Shown piece by piece: positions 1-15,529 of a stretch of 64,000 bases of DNA. Every line of letters starts with the position of its first letter. The stretch's first letter is position 1. The DNA comes from the human T2T-CHM13v2.0 reference genome, Homo sapiens. The DNA lies in the NCBI RefSeq assembly GCF_009914755.1, contig NC_060928.1; one strand, given 5' to 3'. Under the pieces are notes generated by a model that was not told where the DNA came from, did not search any database, and saw only the letters and a list, made by a program, of their open reading frames with translations. Made by a program: the position numbers and the translations under genes.

Positions 1-530
1 TATATTATATATAAAAGTGTTTCCTAGAGTCTGCCAGTTAAGAATCCATTGTGCTATTTAACATTTTTTTCAAAAATTCTTTGCCAGGTACAGGAAATGC
101 TGCAAAAAGCTGCCCTAAGCATATTCCATGGATTTCCCAGTTGGCAATTTGATAGGCCTGCTGTTATTCAAAAACACTTGTCTTTAACCATACTAGAGCA
201 ATCAAGTGAAACAAAGCAGGTTAAACTGAAAGTATTTATAAAGCAGGGCACATGGTTATACAAACCCACAAAACATGCAAAGCTGTTGGAAAGAAAATCT
301 GGTCAATTCCAGTACTAACAATCACAGTTAAGGCAATTTCCCAAGGTTTATCTTCCCATCAGTGCTTATAATGGATGTTTTACTATTCAATATTGAAAGG
401 AAAATCTAAGTATTAATTACAGAAGGTATGTAGGTAATGTTTGCATTGCAAAATAAAGCACTAGTCAATAAAATAAAATAGATGGATAGATGAACTTTTT
501 ATCTCTCTTCTACAGCAATAATCCTGGTGA

Positions 531-1055
531 CAGCACTGAATATCTAGAACGATTATTCTATCTGGTAGCCACTAGCTATATGTGGCTATCTAGCATTTGA
601 AATGTGGCTGATATAACTTATTAACTGAATTTTTTATTTTAATTTATAATAATTGATTTAAAATTTAAATCAATGACTGATGCTTATTTCTGTTATTGGA
701 ATAATTTTAAGTATCTTTGGAATAACTTGGGTATGTAAATTTACTTTTTTCAAATATAAATTTTATGAAATCAAATATAGATCATGTATTTCTGATGAAA
801 ATTTAAAATCCACATTTGATGTGCTGTAAGTATAAAATAGACACTGAATTTCAGACAGTATTAAAAAAAGGAATGCAAAATCTATCATTAATAGTTTAAA
901 AATATTAGTTACATGTTGAAATATTTTAGACATATTGAATTAAAATAATATTATTAAGATAATTTTAGCTGCTTCTTTTCGCTTTTTTAGTGTGAGTACA
1001 AGAAAACTTAAAATTAAGTATGTAGTGCCCATTATGGTTCTATTGGACAGCATTA
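531..1055 (+). mobile_element. hAT-Charlie DNA transposon, non-autonomous Charlie1b-like (MER3/MER33-related ends)
   Basis: Starts CAGCACTG, contains GTAGCCACTAGCTATATGTGGCTA and ends CTATTGGACAGCAT. These match recalled Charlie1/MER33 ends; length is ~525 bp. Confidence 0.75.
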
Positions 1056-1771
1056 CGCTAGAAAGTATGACTGTAAATTCATTAATTGTCTTGAAAATAG
1101 TGTAATAGTATGCCCCAAAACTCACTGAAATGACATTATTTTTCGATCATAATCTCCATTCTAGTTGCTACAGTAAAAAGTATCATACTAATTCATTATG
1201 AAGGAGACTCAGTAAGTGCTAAATCACCTGAAATAAAAGGGAAAACTGGGAGACATGGGGTGTCTAACTCATTCCATGACTTCAGATAGGACTGGTAGGT
1301 TAAAGCCAGGATTTGTTAAGATGCTTAGCCTGAAACTAGCTAGACAACTTTTGCAAGGGATGTTTCCATTTATTCAAAGACAGGCACATTCCCCAGAAGT
1401 TCTAAACAGAGGAGGATGCAACTGAAGAAATCTCTACAGCATTTTCATTCTTGGCTTCCACATTTCCAAAAAAAAAAAAAGACACAACAATACACTTCTT
1501 AATGATCCCAATGGTGTTCTATTTTAGACTACATTCCAACAGTAAATATACAAAAATAAATAAACACACAAGCAAACAAATGAAATGTGTCCAGAGGTCT
1601 GAATTGAGGTCCAAGTCCTGCAATTGTCCCCACCTCCCTGGGCCTATTTCCTTATTTCCATAATGGAGTCAGAGAGGCTTGGGGTCTCTACAAACTTTTA
1701 GTTCTAAAGTTGGTGATTCTACACGAATTCTAAGAAGGTGACACTTACATAATGCTTTACATTTTCCATAG

Positions 1772-2452
<681 letters not shown>

Positions 2453-2870
2453 AACTGACACATTTTTAGAAAGTGAAGAGCCTAGGACTACAACTAATCT
2501 AAATCATTTTTCAGTATATTATACTGATTGTCATTTTCTGACAATCACAGAAATTATGCTGAATAATTTTCATGTATTAAATCATTTATAAGAGATGAGC
2601 TAGAAAATCAGATATCTGTCATTTCTTTCCAATATATCTTGTATTCTTTCCTTTTCTTCCACTGTCAATACCACATTTTATATGTGAACTTCTATAACTC
2701 TGTATTGATGTATTAAATATAGATACAAATGATTTAGTAGACAGTGTCATAACTATTTTAATGATGACCAATCCCTTAACTTTGTTCAAATACCATGCTC
2801 TACAAAATATAAAGTGAGCTTTGTCCTTTCATGGTAAAAAAAAAAAAAAAAAAAGGCACTTTTAAAGAGA

Positions 2871-3149
<279 letters not shown>

Positions 3150-3505
3150 TCATAATATTCTTTTAATGTAGGTTGAAAAACAAATGAGTATTTTTTACAG
3201 AAATGTATGTTTAAGCCCTAGAAAAGCTAACCTTAAAAACTGGGTAAGTTTAAAAAATTACCCAATTTTTAAGCAAGGATAACTCCCTTCACTCCCTAGA
3301 AACTTAGCTCATTATTGAGTAATTATATAGTTATTTCTAGCATCTTCTGTGAGTCAATAGAAAATAATTATATAACAGATAACATTTTTAGGCTAAGATA
3401 AAGTATTCTAGTTAAAATGCTTACTCAGTTTTAAAATGGCACAAATTTTGGGCATAATTTATATACTTAACAAAGGAATTTTTAAGAGTTTGAAGTATCA
3501 AAACA

Positions 3506-3814
3506 TTTTTTTTTAAAAAAAAAAAAAACAGGTTTCACTCTGTCACCTGGGCCAGAGTGCAATGCACAGGATCATAGCTCACTGCAGCCTTGAACTTCTG
3601 GACTCAAGCGAAACTCCTGCCTCAGCCTCTCAAGTAGCTGGGACTACAGGCATGCACCACCAGGCCCAGATAAGTTTTTAAAACTTTTTTTTTTAGAGAT
3701 GAGAGAGTCTCATTTTGTTGCTCAGGCTGGTCTCGAACTGCTAACTTCAAGTGATCCTCCCTCCTCGGCCTCCTAAAGTGGTGGGATTACAGGTATGAGC
3801 CACGGAGCCTGGCT
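3506..3814 (-). mobile_element. AluJ-type SINE
   Basis: Reverse dimeric Alu with ATCATAGCTCACTGCAGCCTTGAAC, ending GGGATTACAGGTATGAGCCACGGAGCCTGGCT. Confidence 0.9.
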
Positions 3815-5724
3815 GAAACGCTTTTTCGATAGACTATTCCACTACAGAAATCTTATCACTACAAAGTACTAAAAAGCATCTTAAGAAAGAAAATAAGATA
3901 ATTTTAATTTATAATATGTTTTATAATCCAATTCAGTAAACATATATTATTGGTTCAGAGGGACTAAAACCATATTGATTTACCTGTGATTATCTAAAAG
4001 TAAAAGTCTCCCATAAGACTATAAAAAAGACATATACATCTCACATTCCCCCAGGGAAATTCCTTCAGATCAGCATGCATGGTATTAGATGTCTGCAAAT
4101 GCACCCTTTAACCTGGAAACAAAAGAGAAAAGAAACAGAGGGGATTTCTACCCTTGGGGAAAGTAGTAAGTCACTGGCTTAACTTTATTATACTGCTCTT
4201 CTGCTATGTGTCACTTCATGATAAAATGCAAGGTGGGAGTAGGGCAGATGGAGGACTTAGATGGTTCAGAAGGAATCTAAAAGCCATGACTGTTGACTGT
4301 AATGTCACTTCCTCCTCCCTAAGATATTAGGAGTTATTATTTTAAAGTCAAGGGATTAAACACAAAGTGTTGAGTGAATGTAAGTAATTTGAATTTTCCA
4401 AGATGGAACTTTCGTGACCCAGTCATACTAGTTGATGGTGGAACACTGTTGGAGGAATCAAGGGGGGAATATCAAGTAAAGAGGCAAAAGGCTGTCACTT
4501 GGAGATGATTATGACACACATACTATGTGTGATAAGCCCACTGGACATTTTCTATATTTTAAGCTGCTCCTGAAGTATTTTCTAAGTTAGAGTAATTCCA
4601 CTTGGCACTCAGGACTTGATTAGGAAGTTCCACTGAATACCATTGACATTTCCAAATATTTAATTTTTTGTTGTGTCTAAGTATTGACTGTAGATGTTAT
4701 TTCTATGGTCCAATTATCCATCTCGACCCTGAATTACAGATATGAGTGTTATTTTACCAGCTTTAGAGAATATTCAGTATGCTGATACATTCTTCCTGTG
4801 ATCGCTTATTCATTTGAAATTAAAAGCCTACTGATGTTTTATTACAGTGAGCTGTTCCAAAAATTACAGAGTTGCTTTCTTTAGAAATATAGAATCCAAA
4901 TAGTAATTCTTATACAATCTACTGTTTTTTTTTTTTTTTAAAAAAACAGATTGCTATAAATCTCTCCTTTAGACACAAAGCCTAGAGGACAGTTTTGAAT
5001 TTAAACAAGATTAAAGTCATGATAATGACACTCAGTTTTGTAAACCTATTCTCTGATCGTTTTATTAAGAAATGGAAAAACAAATGAAGATGTATGGCTG
5101 GGTAGCTAAGGACATCTTATCTGCAAATCTGTACTGACTATTGTTAGTGCATTGCCTTTAGTTGTGCTTTTAATGTACTAAAGCTCATACTGTGAAATAA
5201 ATCTACTCTTTTCTGCAGTATTGCTTCTCCATTTGATTTATTTTAAAAGTTAGCTCAGCTTGACTTCTGTACCCAGCTGCTTTCTAAATAACAGATTTCT
5301 ATCCACTTCTGAAACTTTAATAGTAATTTACAAAAAAAAAAAACCCTCCAATCCCACTAACGCAAGTTTTGAAAGGAGGTGATGAAATCTCACGAATGGG
5401 GGGTGCTAACTGTGTAGTCAGATCCTCCTTATTCTAGAAATAAAGTGCATCTAATTGGAAAACTCCTCTTGGGAGAACAGGGATCGACTTTTACCCACCC
5501 TAACTGCCAAAGGGCGAAAACTGGAGTAACTAAACAGAGTTCACTTTACCAGCAAAAAATATAAAGGAGTACTTTTACATTGATTTTAAGAGATAAGATA
5601 TGAATTGGGTGAGAAATATTCAATTTCGTGACAAGTACTTCCCAACAGATATTGTTACATAAAGCAAGAAAGGTGACAAAATTATATAATTACAATTCTG
5701 GCATCTGCTATGAAAAGGTATTTG

Positions 5725-5725
<1 letters not shown>

Positions 5726-5755
<30 letters not shown>
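5726..5755. repeat. (TG)15 microsatellite
   Basis: Read directly from the sequence. Confidence 0.98.
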
Positions 5756-5757
<2 letters not shown>

Positions 5758-6874
5758 TTTCTCATTGGTCATTGCCTGGTATTATTTTTATCCTTTGTTA
5801 GTGTTCTTGCATTGTTTGCTAGAAAGTATGCTTTGCTGCAAGACACCAGTAAAATGCAATTCAGCAGCATAAGCGGCACTAGGATTGATGAAAAAAATGG
5901 AATAAGAATAAAAAAAAAAATAACTTCACTCTCCTCTATCTCTGACACCAAAAACAACAGGCTGTGAAAATAGTTTCATTAAAAAATAACAAGCCCATGC
6001 TCACCAGGGGATAGATCAGGGCAAACTGAATCAAAAATTCCTCAATCATTGCTCAAGTAGGTCAACTAGAATTAACTCAAAGGGCAAAGATTCAGAGTGA
6101 GCTGCCCATTTCTCACCAGTCTGCTTCTTCAGCCCTCCTGTCTGCCCAGGAGGGAAATGATATGGTGGAGCTCTCCATGGTGGGCATGTCATTTTGCCAA
6201 GCCTCTCTCAATACCAGTGTATAAAGGTGGGCCCATATTATGGATAGTATTAGTTTGAGCTCCTCCAGTTGTCTAGAATAAAATGCTAATCGGATGCAAA
6301 GTTATTTGCTTTTTGGGAATGTACTTCTGTGATTTTGAATTTACTACCTTACTTTTCAACAAAGCCATTAGTCTAGTTGTATGGTCAAAATGCTGGTGAA
6401 TGTCTCAATAAAGCTATTTTCCTTTTGCACAGGTTTTATCAAAGCATTATTAACTTTATTCTTATATGTCAAATTATGTTCTTTATTTTTTAAAAAATTA
6501 GAACAAAGTCCCTTTAAATAGTGCTTGAGAGGAATTTGTCCAGGTTAAATCTATAGAGTTCTCTTAGTGTCCTCCTCCCAGACACTAAGGGTATAGCTGC
6601 CTGAGAGCAGGTCTTTTCTCTTCCTCTGTCATATCAAAGTTAAAAAGTCCTGTTAGAAAAAATATATGCTGCTCTAATGAAAATAAAGTTTTCATCTATA
6701 TTACTAATCGGGGGAGTTTCTAGTCCTGACTTTTGTTATTAAAAGCATAGCAGTTTCTCCCATACAACAGTAGTTCCCTGAGTGCCCAGGGATTTATCAC
6801 AAAGATCCACTATTTCTTCAGCAGACAGGCCAAAAAAGCTGTAGGGCAGAGAGAAACATGACAATGTGGAATTT

Positions 6875-6987
6875 CATTCAAAGAACATTAAGAATTTTAA
6901 GATAGCCACAGCAGAGCATTAGACCAAGCATGGGGCCCTTCTAAGGTCCAGTAGCCTTCAAGCCACAAGCCCATGAAGACTGGCCTG
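6875..6987 (-). mobile_element. MER91-like hAT-Tip100 fragment
   Basis: CAGCAGAGCATTAGACCAAGCATGGGGCCCTTCT...GCCCATGAAGACTGGCCTG is the reverse complement of the recalled MER91 5' end. Confidence 0.65.
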
Positions 6988-7531
6988 TTGGCCTGTCTCT
7001 GGGTCTCATAGAGTTGGAGTACACAGATGGGCAGCTTTCAGAGCAGCACAGCTTCTCTGGCTTCATCATAAGGAAACTTCTATGTTTCTATGTATCAGCC
7101 TTTGCAGTAAGAGCCTTAGGAACCATCCGGCAGGCTATCATTAACAGATAACCAATAACGAGGGCAAAGGTTTCAACCTAGAATAAACCCAGAGGATATT
7201 AATAGGAGGGTTTGTCTTTAGCAACTTCAGAAGCTACAGGGGAAGAGAGAGATTCTGCTGTGTAGAAAACATGTGCTGACCCATAGATATCAGAACACAT
7301 GAATTCAGGATATGTTGCTCATTAATTAGCTCTATCATCTTGGGTAAGATATTCCAACCCCCTGGATTTCCTGCTTTTCACTTTAAAGCAAAGGTGTTAG
7401 AGACATGATTCAAGGGTCCTTGGAAAATTTACTAAGTCTGTGAGATAAGAAGAGGAGAGAAATGATATACATTTTCTTTTCTCAGGGAAATATCTCTACT
7501 TGTAATGAGTATTTAATTTTATCTAAAGGCA

Positions 7532-7560
7532 ATGATGATGATGATGTTGATGATGATGAT
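7532..7560. repeat. Imperfect (ATG)n microsatellite
   Basis: ATGATGATGATGATGTTGATGATGATGAT. Confidence 0.9.
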
Positions 7561-7825
7561 AGCAGCAGGAGACAGACAAATTTCTAGGCAGACAGGGATG
7601 GCTTGAACCCGACCTTCAAGCCAAAGGACAGTTTAAAGCCTGAAAACCGAGCTGGCAGTTCCAGATGGAGTCCACCACTGGAGTGAAAACTTCTATCCCT
7701 GTCTTACCCTCTCTCGACTGGTTCCTTCTGAATGATGCCTTTCACCCAATCGAATGGTGCTTTTCCAAGCCCACCCGTGGACCCATCAGCATGCATTTCC
7801 CCATTCTAAGCCCATAAAAACTCCC
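7557..7825 (+). mobile_element. 3'-truncated ERV1 LTR (LTR27/LTR28/MER52-group-like)
   Basis: TGATAGCAGCAGGAGACAGACAAAT...CCTTCAAGCC...CCAATCGAATGG...CCCATAAAAACTCCC. The U3 region carries a CCAAT and a TATA-like box, then homology stops abruptly. Subfamily is from memory. Confidence 0.7.
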
Positions 7826-7900
7826 ATTACTGAATTACTGAATCTACTTTTCATTTTAACAAAGTTGCAACCAAGAAACCATTATCCCTGATTGTGACCC

Positions 7901-8030
7901 TATGTTAACAACTGAACTAATTTAGTTTGCATTTAGCTTATTTAATCTTCATGAATGCTTTATGAAGTAGGTACTGTCATTATACCAAGTTTACAGGTAG
8001 GGGAATCAAAGCCCAAAAAGCTTAAGCATA
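7901..8030 (-). mobile_element. MIR fragment
   Basis: TTATTTAATCTTCATGAA...TATGAAGTAGGTACTGTCATTATACCAAGTTTACAGGTAGGGGAA resembles the reverse MIR core. Confidence 0.65.
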
Positions 8031-8273
8031 TCAACATTTACGAAGCCCCTCTCATGTGCTAGGCTCTATGGCAGAGTCATGGGTTTGATGCATTCAGGGT
8101 CGAGGAAGCCAGGAGGCTGAGTGCCAGAGAAGGGGCAGGGAAAAAAGGAAGGGTGGGCAGTCTTGTGTGTATTGTCTGGGTGCCAAAGGAAGAGTCTACA
8201 GCAGGGAAATGCAGCCTTTTGACAAGTGGGAATTAAAAGGAATTTCTTAAAGAACGTAACAGAAGTTCCACTC

Positions 8274-8355
8274 ATGTTTCTGAAAAATGTAAGTGCTTTA
8301 CACAAAACAAAAATGTTTCTGAAAAATATAAGTGCTTTACACAAAACAAAAATGT
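8274..8355. repeat. Tandem duplication, 39-bp unit x2.1
   Basis: ATGTTTCTGAAAAAT(G/A)TAAGTGCTTTACACAAAACAAAA occurs twice with one mismatch, followed by ATGT. Confidence 0.97.
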
Positions 8356-9502
8356 CTAACAAACTCCAAGGTTAATAAACTGGTGCATTTAAATCTGCAC
8401 CACCCTTGTATTTTCAACTAAACAAATATGGATGTGATAATTCACATTTGATATTTGGCTAATCCCATTCTACCAAGGAGTTTTAAATAGTAACATTAAA
8501 GAAAAGTTAGTAAGAAAACACTCAGGCATCTAAAGGATTTAGTTAATTCTCCCCTAGACAAAGAACCTGGTGTCTTTATAGCTCTCCTAATTTCCCATTA
8601 AATATTACACTAATAATTAATTTTTTACGTACATCCTAAATATATTCTTCCAAAGTAGAAAAAGCACATTGAACAGGATAAATTGCAAATAGAAACTTAC
8701 ATAACTCTTTTTATATGTTTTGCATATTTGTGTCACTCAATACATAGGACATGAACGTACATGATGTGGCCAATACCATCCTTAAAATTCAATCCTTTGG
8801 ACAAATGTCCGTATACTGAAAAAATAGCATCTAAGTTTTGATTGCCCTTCAGACTATTTGACATAGACTTTACAGAACAAAGAACATTTAAATTAACTGT
8901 GCAAAGCAAAGAGTAGAAATCATCTTATTATACAACATCAAGACAACTATCAAAACATTTCTTTAAAACTCATCTATATTTTAGAGCAGTAGCATTATTA
9001 ATTGTCTGCATTCTGCCCCATCTTCATAATTCAATGTGTCCAGTCCTACATCTGTTGCATAAAATTGGCATATTTATTGCACCCTTGGGACACAATTTCC
9101 CAATGAGAAGTAGCCAAATGTAGCTTTTTTTTTTTTTTTTTTTGCTTATGTAAAATGCTACAGTGGATAACATACATCCTTGCTCCCAAAGTACAGGAAG
9201 AAAATTTATATCATTAAACACATGCAAATGAAAACACAGGATTCCATGCTTATCATCCAAACCACTTACCTGATTCATCAAAACTACTTGGGTAGTAGAA
9301 CAAACTATTATATCTTCCCAGAATATTATGGAAAGGTATCCTCTATTGCTGAATAATTGAGTCTACTTTTCATTTTACCAAAGTTGAAACCAAGAAACCA
9401 TCATCCCTTGATCCTGACCCCAGTGCTCCCCAACTTTGGTGGACAGATTCTGCAAACTGTCTACCAAACTAGTGAGATAACAGATGCAATGCACTAATCT
9501 AA

Positions 9503-9570
9503 CTTCATTCACTCATTCATTCATTCATTCATTCATTCAACAATTGTGTATTTGCTAAGCACAAGGTAAT
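9503..9570 (-). repeat. (TTCA)n tract, probable L2 3' tail
   Basis: TTCATTCACTCATTCATTCATTCATTCATTCATTCAACAA followed by degenerate L2-tail-like sequence. Confidence 0.7.
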
Positions 9571-10509
9571 AAGGAAAGTTCTACTGTAGCAGATAATTCT
9601 CCATGTAGTGTTTGTATCATTCTAAGCCATTGTTGACTTGCTAATACTGTCCATTTGAAAATAAAAACCCTCATTTTAATTACTAGGTTAGACAAAGCAA
9701 TGAAGATGTATCTCCTGTTTCTTGTTTCTGTTGCAAATTATGTATGTCTAGAAGACAATAGGGCATTGATTCTCAACCACAAGTAAATAAAGCATGTAGA
9801 CTTAGTCTTAATGAGATAAGGTTTAGTCTGTGCCTTCTCAGTGGGATGGTTTTTGCTATTTTGCTTTTTAATTGGTAGCAAAAAACTTCAACAGTGTGTC
9901 CTTTTTCTGCCTACAGTGAATTCTACATGGGAATGGAGTTGCTGTAGAGAGCTTTTGGATATAAATGCTGCTTTAGAGCTAATTAGATAAAAATCACAGA
10001 AAAAAAGTATTGTTTCTTACTGGAGAGGAAATTTGAAATATTTTACTCCATGAATTCTCTGAATAATACAGGAAAACTGTAGAATCTAGTCTCTTTAATT
10101 CTCTACTGAAATCATCAAAAATAAGGTCAGTTTACTTTAAACTTGCTATTTATATCACATAGGTCTTCCTAATGCCTTAGACAAAATTGGGATAACAAAT
10201 ATGAACAGAAGTATGCCACCTGCAATGTTTTTAAGTCCCTAAAATAAAAATGCAATCACTAGTTTTAAAAAGGACAAAAAAATGACATAGGAAGAAGTAT
10301 CATGCTAAAAGCAGTATTCTAAAAATGTTAACTAAGACATGATTAAATACCAATTACTTTAATTTCGGCAGTGTCTTCCCTAGAGACTACCTGGGAAATA
10401 CTGTCAACAACTCCACAAAAAAGCATCACACTACATACAAGAGGCAAGAACCCTTTCAAGTTAATGAGGATTTTTAAAAATGCAAAAGATTGTTTCTCCT
10501 TTAGTGATT

Positions 10510-11050
10510 TTCAAATTGGATTATGTCAGTCCCTTGCATAAAACTCTTCAATGGATTCCCATGCAGTTAGGATAAATGTAAAATCCTCATGATGGCCTGA
10601 ATCCCCTTCCTATCTCCCCACTTTTATCTATCCACAGGGCATATTCTCTATTTACACTGGTATTTTTCCATTTTCTCCGAAAGACCTAATTGTTCCTGCC
10701 TCAGGGCCTTTGCTCTTGTGTTCACTCTACCTCAAGTTTTCTTCCTCTTGAATAACTTCTAGGCATTCTTTAGGTAGTCAAATGACATTTCTTTAGGGAA
10801 GCATGCCCTGATCACCAACTTCAAAGTACTTTTTCTTATTCTCTTTTATAGCACCAGAGTGGATTTTCCTCATTAGTCATTTTCTTAGAACCCTGCTCCT
10901 TTCCTCCTCAGTACTTATTAGAAACTAATTATGTATGGGAGTAGGATTTTTGTTTGTTTGTCTTTCATGTTAGTCTTCCCCATTAGACTATGCTTTACAG
11001 CTATAGGGACTGCATCTCCACTGTTTACCCCTAATTGAGCACAATGCCTT
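10510..11050 (+). mobile_element. L2 LINE 3' fragment
   Basis: AAAACTCTTCAATGGATTCCCA, CCTGCCTCAGGGCCTTTGC and TCTTCCCCATTAGACTATG are typical of L2 3' ends. Confidence 0.75.
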
Positions 11051-11161
11051 CATATATTCACAGGAATATATCTTGAAATAATGGTCAACTTCCCAGTCAT
11101 TAGACTTTGTTTCTGACATTGTTATAGATAAAGGTAGCCAATCATTTGCATATATATAGAC

Positions 11162-12019
<858 letters not shown>

Positions 12020-12355
12020 GCTGCCAAATCACATATGGAGCCAAATTGCCAGCAAACGGATTCTTTCTTCATTGATATTCTCATTTTCTTTTATTTTAAC
12101 GACTGAGTTTTTGGATGTTAAGGTATTCTCTTTTTATTTTTATATTTGAGACGATTTTCTCACTAAAAGAAATACTTTTTGTCCTTGAGATATAACATTT
12201 GAGGTATTTTTCTTTTTTATTCAATATATTTTGTTAATTTGGAAGCTTCAATTTGTTCTTAGTAGAGTGCCTACCATGTGCAATACAGGAGGCATAAATT
12301 AGGGGAACTTCAGGGGGGTATTAAAGCTGTGAGCAAAACATAGGAGCTAATAATG

Positions 12356-12687
12356 TATTTATTCCTATTTTTATTATTTTTATTTTTTTATTTTTTTGAG
12401 ACAGAGTCTCACTTTGTCACCCAGGCTGTAGTGCAGTGCTGTGATGATGGCTCACTGCAGCAGCCTTGAACTCGTAGGCTCAAGTGATTCTCCCAATTTA
12501 GCCTCCTGAGTAGCTGGGACTACAGGAGTGCACCACTGTGCCAGGCTAAGGTTTTTTTGTAGCTTTTTGCAGTGATGAGGGCTTAATATGTTGCCCAGGT
12601 TGGTCTTGAACTGCTGGGCAAGTAATCCTCCCACTTTGGTCTCCCAACGTGCTGGCATTAAAGGAGTGAGCCACTGTGCCTCACCCC
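12356..12687 (-). mobile_element. AluJ-type SINE
   Basis: Degenerate T-rich tail, then GAGACAGAGTCTCACTTTGTCACCCAGGCTG...GAGCCACTGTGCC. Confidence 0.9.
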
Positions 12688-14239
12688 AGTAATTTAATAC
12701 AGATTGGGTAATAATCCTAAGAACTCAACATATATGTTCAGCGCCTCTTCGTGATATTTTCAGTCTAACCCTGAGAAGCTGAGTCAGAGCCCCTACTTGG
12801 GGCATAACAAGTAGCCCAGAGCCCGAAGGAGGTGAGACTCAGTGGATCCGAGCAGAGTTGTGTGATATACTTCCCTCTGGGAGGAGGCCAGGGACAATAT
12901 TTTATTCACCTTTGTAATCCCCAGATGCATAGCTGACAATCAAACAATACAGATTTCTAATTGAAAGCTCAAGAGATATTACAGTACAATGGAATGTGGA
13001 ATGTGTCAAGGATGCCTTTTCGAAAGTGGTATCTTACTGTGGTTCTTGAAGATGTGGACAGTGGTTATTACTAGAGAGATTGGCAAAATGCTGCTTCTCC
13101 TGTCTTCATGCAATTTCACATATCAATTATCTAGTTTTTGTCTAAAAGCTGTTTCTAAAGATGTATCATTTGTAGTTTTATTCATTTTGTGAAATGTAAT
13201 GCTACTAATACAATATCTTCATTTAAATCCACTTCTACCTACTTGTAATTTTTTTCAGAATGCCTTCTAATTGATGCCATTATACATCTTAGATATCATC
13301 TGTTTTACTCCATTGGTTCTAATTTTTAAATGGCTGCTACCCTATTTATCATATTCATCAGATGTACATTTTCAGATTTCTCTCTTCTGCCTAGGCCTGC
13401 TGTCCTAGCATGCTAGAAGCACTGGACAGACAAGGAAGCCTTATGTTTAAGTGTGGGCTCTGTGATCAAGCACACTTCTCTCAGGGACTTATTTTGTATA
13501 ATCAGCACAATCATTCTCCATTTGTTTATTTATTTAAAAAGTGCTTAGCCTTGAGGGGAATAAAAGTGCATAATAATGGTTCCCTCTGTTTCTGATCACA
13601 CAGATAAATAGGAGAGAAGAATAAACAGATAATCCCAGAGGGCCTTAAAACATTATGGCACCTTAGTGTTACAGGGTAGTATTTGAGGACACATATAATA
13701 TAAAGAAAAATATTTTGCAAGCTATAGCAACCCTCTATCACTATATAAATATGCTATAACACACATTTAGCAACTATGTCTCTTGATTGCAGCCTATACT
13801 TTCCTCCTCTACACTTTAGCCCATGCCATTTCTCTAGATTATTATCTGCAATTAGCTAAACCTTTCTAAATCTATTTTAAATCCTAGTTCCTTGGCAGCA
13901 ATTTCTTTAGAGTCCCCTAGTCTAAAGAGATTGCTCCCTTTATTCTAAATTAAGAAACTAATAAGTCTCTTTGAGACATTTCTTCTATGGTCCTAACAGT
14001 GATCTGAATTTTCAGTGATTCACTTTTTCATGTATGAGATACTATTTCTTTAAAAATACATTGTAAGGTGTTTAAGATATCTTTTCAATTTGATGAGTAT
14101 AAATTACTGCTATGTTCCATAGGATGTCAAGAACTTCACAGTCTTGGGGGAAGAAAGAGAAAATTAGACACGTGGGCCAGTAATTACTAAGTAGAACAAG
14201 GAATAAGTGTGGTAGGCAATAAAAATAAAAAAAGAGAAA

Positions 14240-14540
14240 AAGCTTGCATCTACTTGAGATAATCAGGAGAGGCTTTTCAGAGTAAGGCCATGAAATAAGC
14301 CTCTGAGTATTATTGAAATCCCAAAGGCAGAAACTGGAATCTGCTGGGAGAAGAACATTTGAAGAAACAGCCTGAGCAAACTCATGTTGGTAGAGCAATC
14401 TCGGGCATGTTCTTGAACAGGACAGGTGAGCTGGAACCCCGCTGCTGCTCAGTAGCTGGGAGTCACACTTGGGAACCAGCTCAGTGTGGAGATGACAAGA
14501 AGGCTTTTCATTTGATAGACAGCAGGAGGCCACTGAAAGT
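14240..14540 (-). mobile_element. L2 fragment
   Basis: AATCAGGAGAGGCTTTTCAGAG...GGGAGAAGAACATT...GCAGGAGGCCACTGAAAG resembles reverse L2. Confidence 0.5.
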
Positions 14541-15529
14541 TTCATTTCAGGGAAGTCAATAGTACTCAATAAATACCTGCTAATACTTTCACTTTATTTC
14601 TGCTACTTTTCAAAACCTTGCCCCACTTTGGGAGCCATTGTAAATATTTTAAATATAATACCTTTATTATTGAAATAAAATAAATAGATGTTTTCCATAT
14701 TCGTAGCAGCTACAGATGGATTACCATTTCCCAAGTGCATCTCCTCTGGTCTTTGTCCATCTCTATCTGGCTTACTCATCCACTGCACAGTTCTTCGGTG
14801 CTCTGTGGATCTTGTTCAATCCTTGTTTCAAGAATTTGCTTTAGGTCATAATTAAAGTAACACTGATATGTTTCCTCAGTAGTGTCTCTTGAATAATCTT
14901 TTACAATTCTCTCTTGTAATCAATAGGAGGGTATTTCCGAAGAGGCCAGTGTGGCTCACAGATGGATCGTTTTCCAGCCATTGAAAGCTACCTTGGGGGA
15001 AGGAAACTACTTAGCCTCCTGTGTGGTGAGTACATTAGACATACATAACACAATAATTAAATTGATGAACAGTCAATAGACTCTAAAGGCCTGGGAGGGA
15101 AAAACCAAAAAGCATGTAAACTTTCTTCTCTTCCATTTTTTTTGAAAAGAATCGCTTTTATTTTATATCACCAATGGACAAAAAACATAAATTAATAATG
15201 CAACTGTATACAATTCTTAAGCCATTTAAAATTGCTGCTTATTTTCACAACGTTCTTGGGGAGAGGTCCAGGTATATCCCACATTTCAGTTAGATCTAAC
15301 CATCAAAGGGAAATAGAATATTTTTGGACAAAACTACCCAAAGTATGTCAGAAACAAAAGTAGCCCTGAGTTATTTTGATTAGCTGCTGGTATTGATGAA
15401 ACTCATTTCATTTCTGAAAGTACTGGATTAAAAAAAAATCAGCACCCAGGTATCGCTCTCCCTTTTTAAAAGCATTATAAGGTCAGGAAAATCATATTCC
15501 AAGGCCATAATGATATGCAATGAAGAGAA

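Noticed and set aside
3506-4949. TnAn fold-backs at 3506-3528 and 4922-4949
   Set aside because: Products of homopolymer slippage; low complexity.
8274-8355. CRISPR-like repeat
   Set aside because: Two abutting units with no spacers, in a primate context with no cas genes.
9264-9470. Perfect minus-strand donor CAG|GTAAGT at 9270
   Set aside because: No convincing acceptor or open frame upstream; isolated consensus donors are expected by chance.
14072-14569. 165-aa minus-strand ORF
   Set aside because: Overlaps decayed L2-like sequence and resembles no protein family I know.
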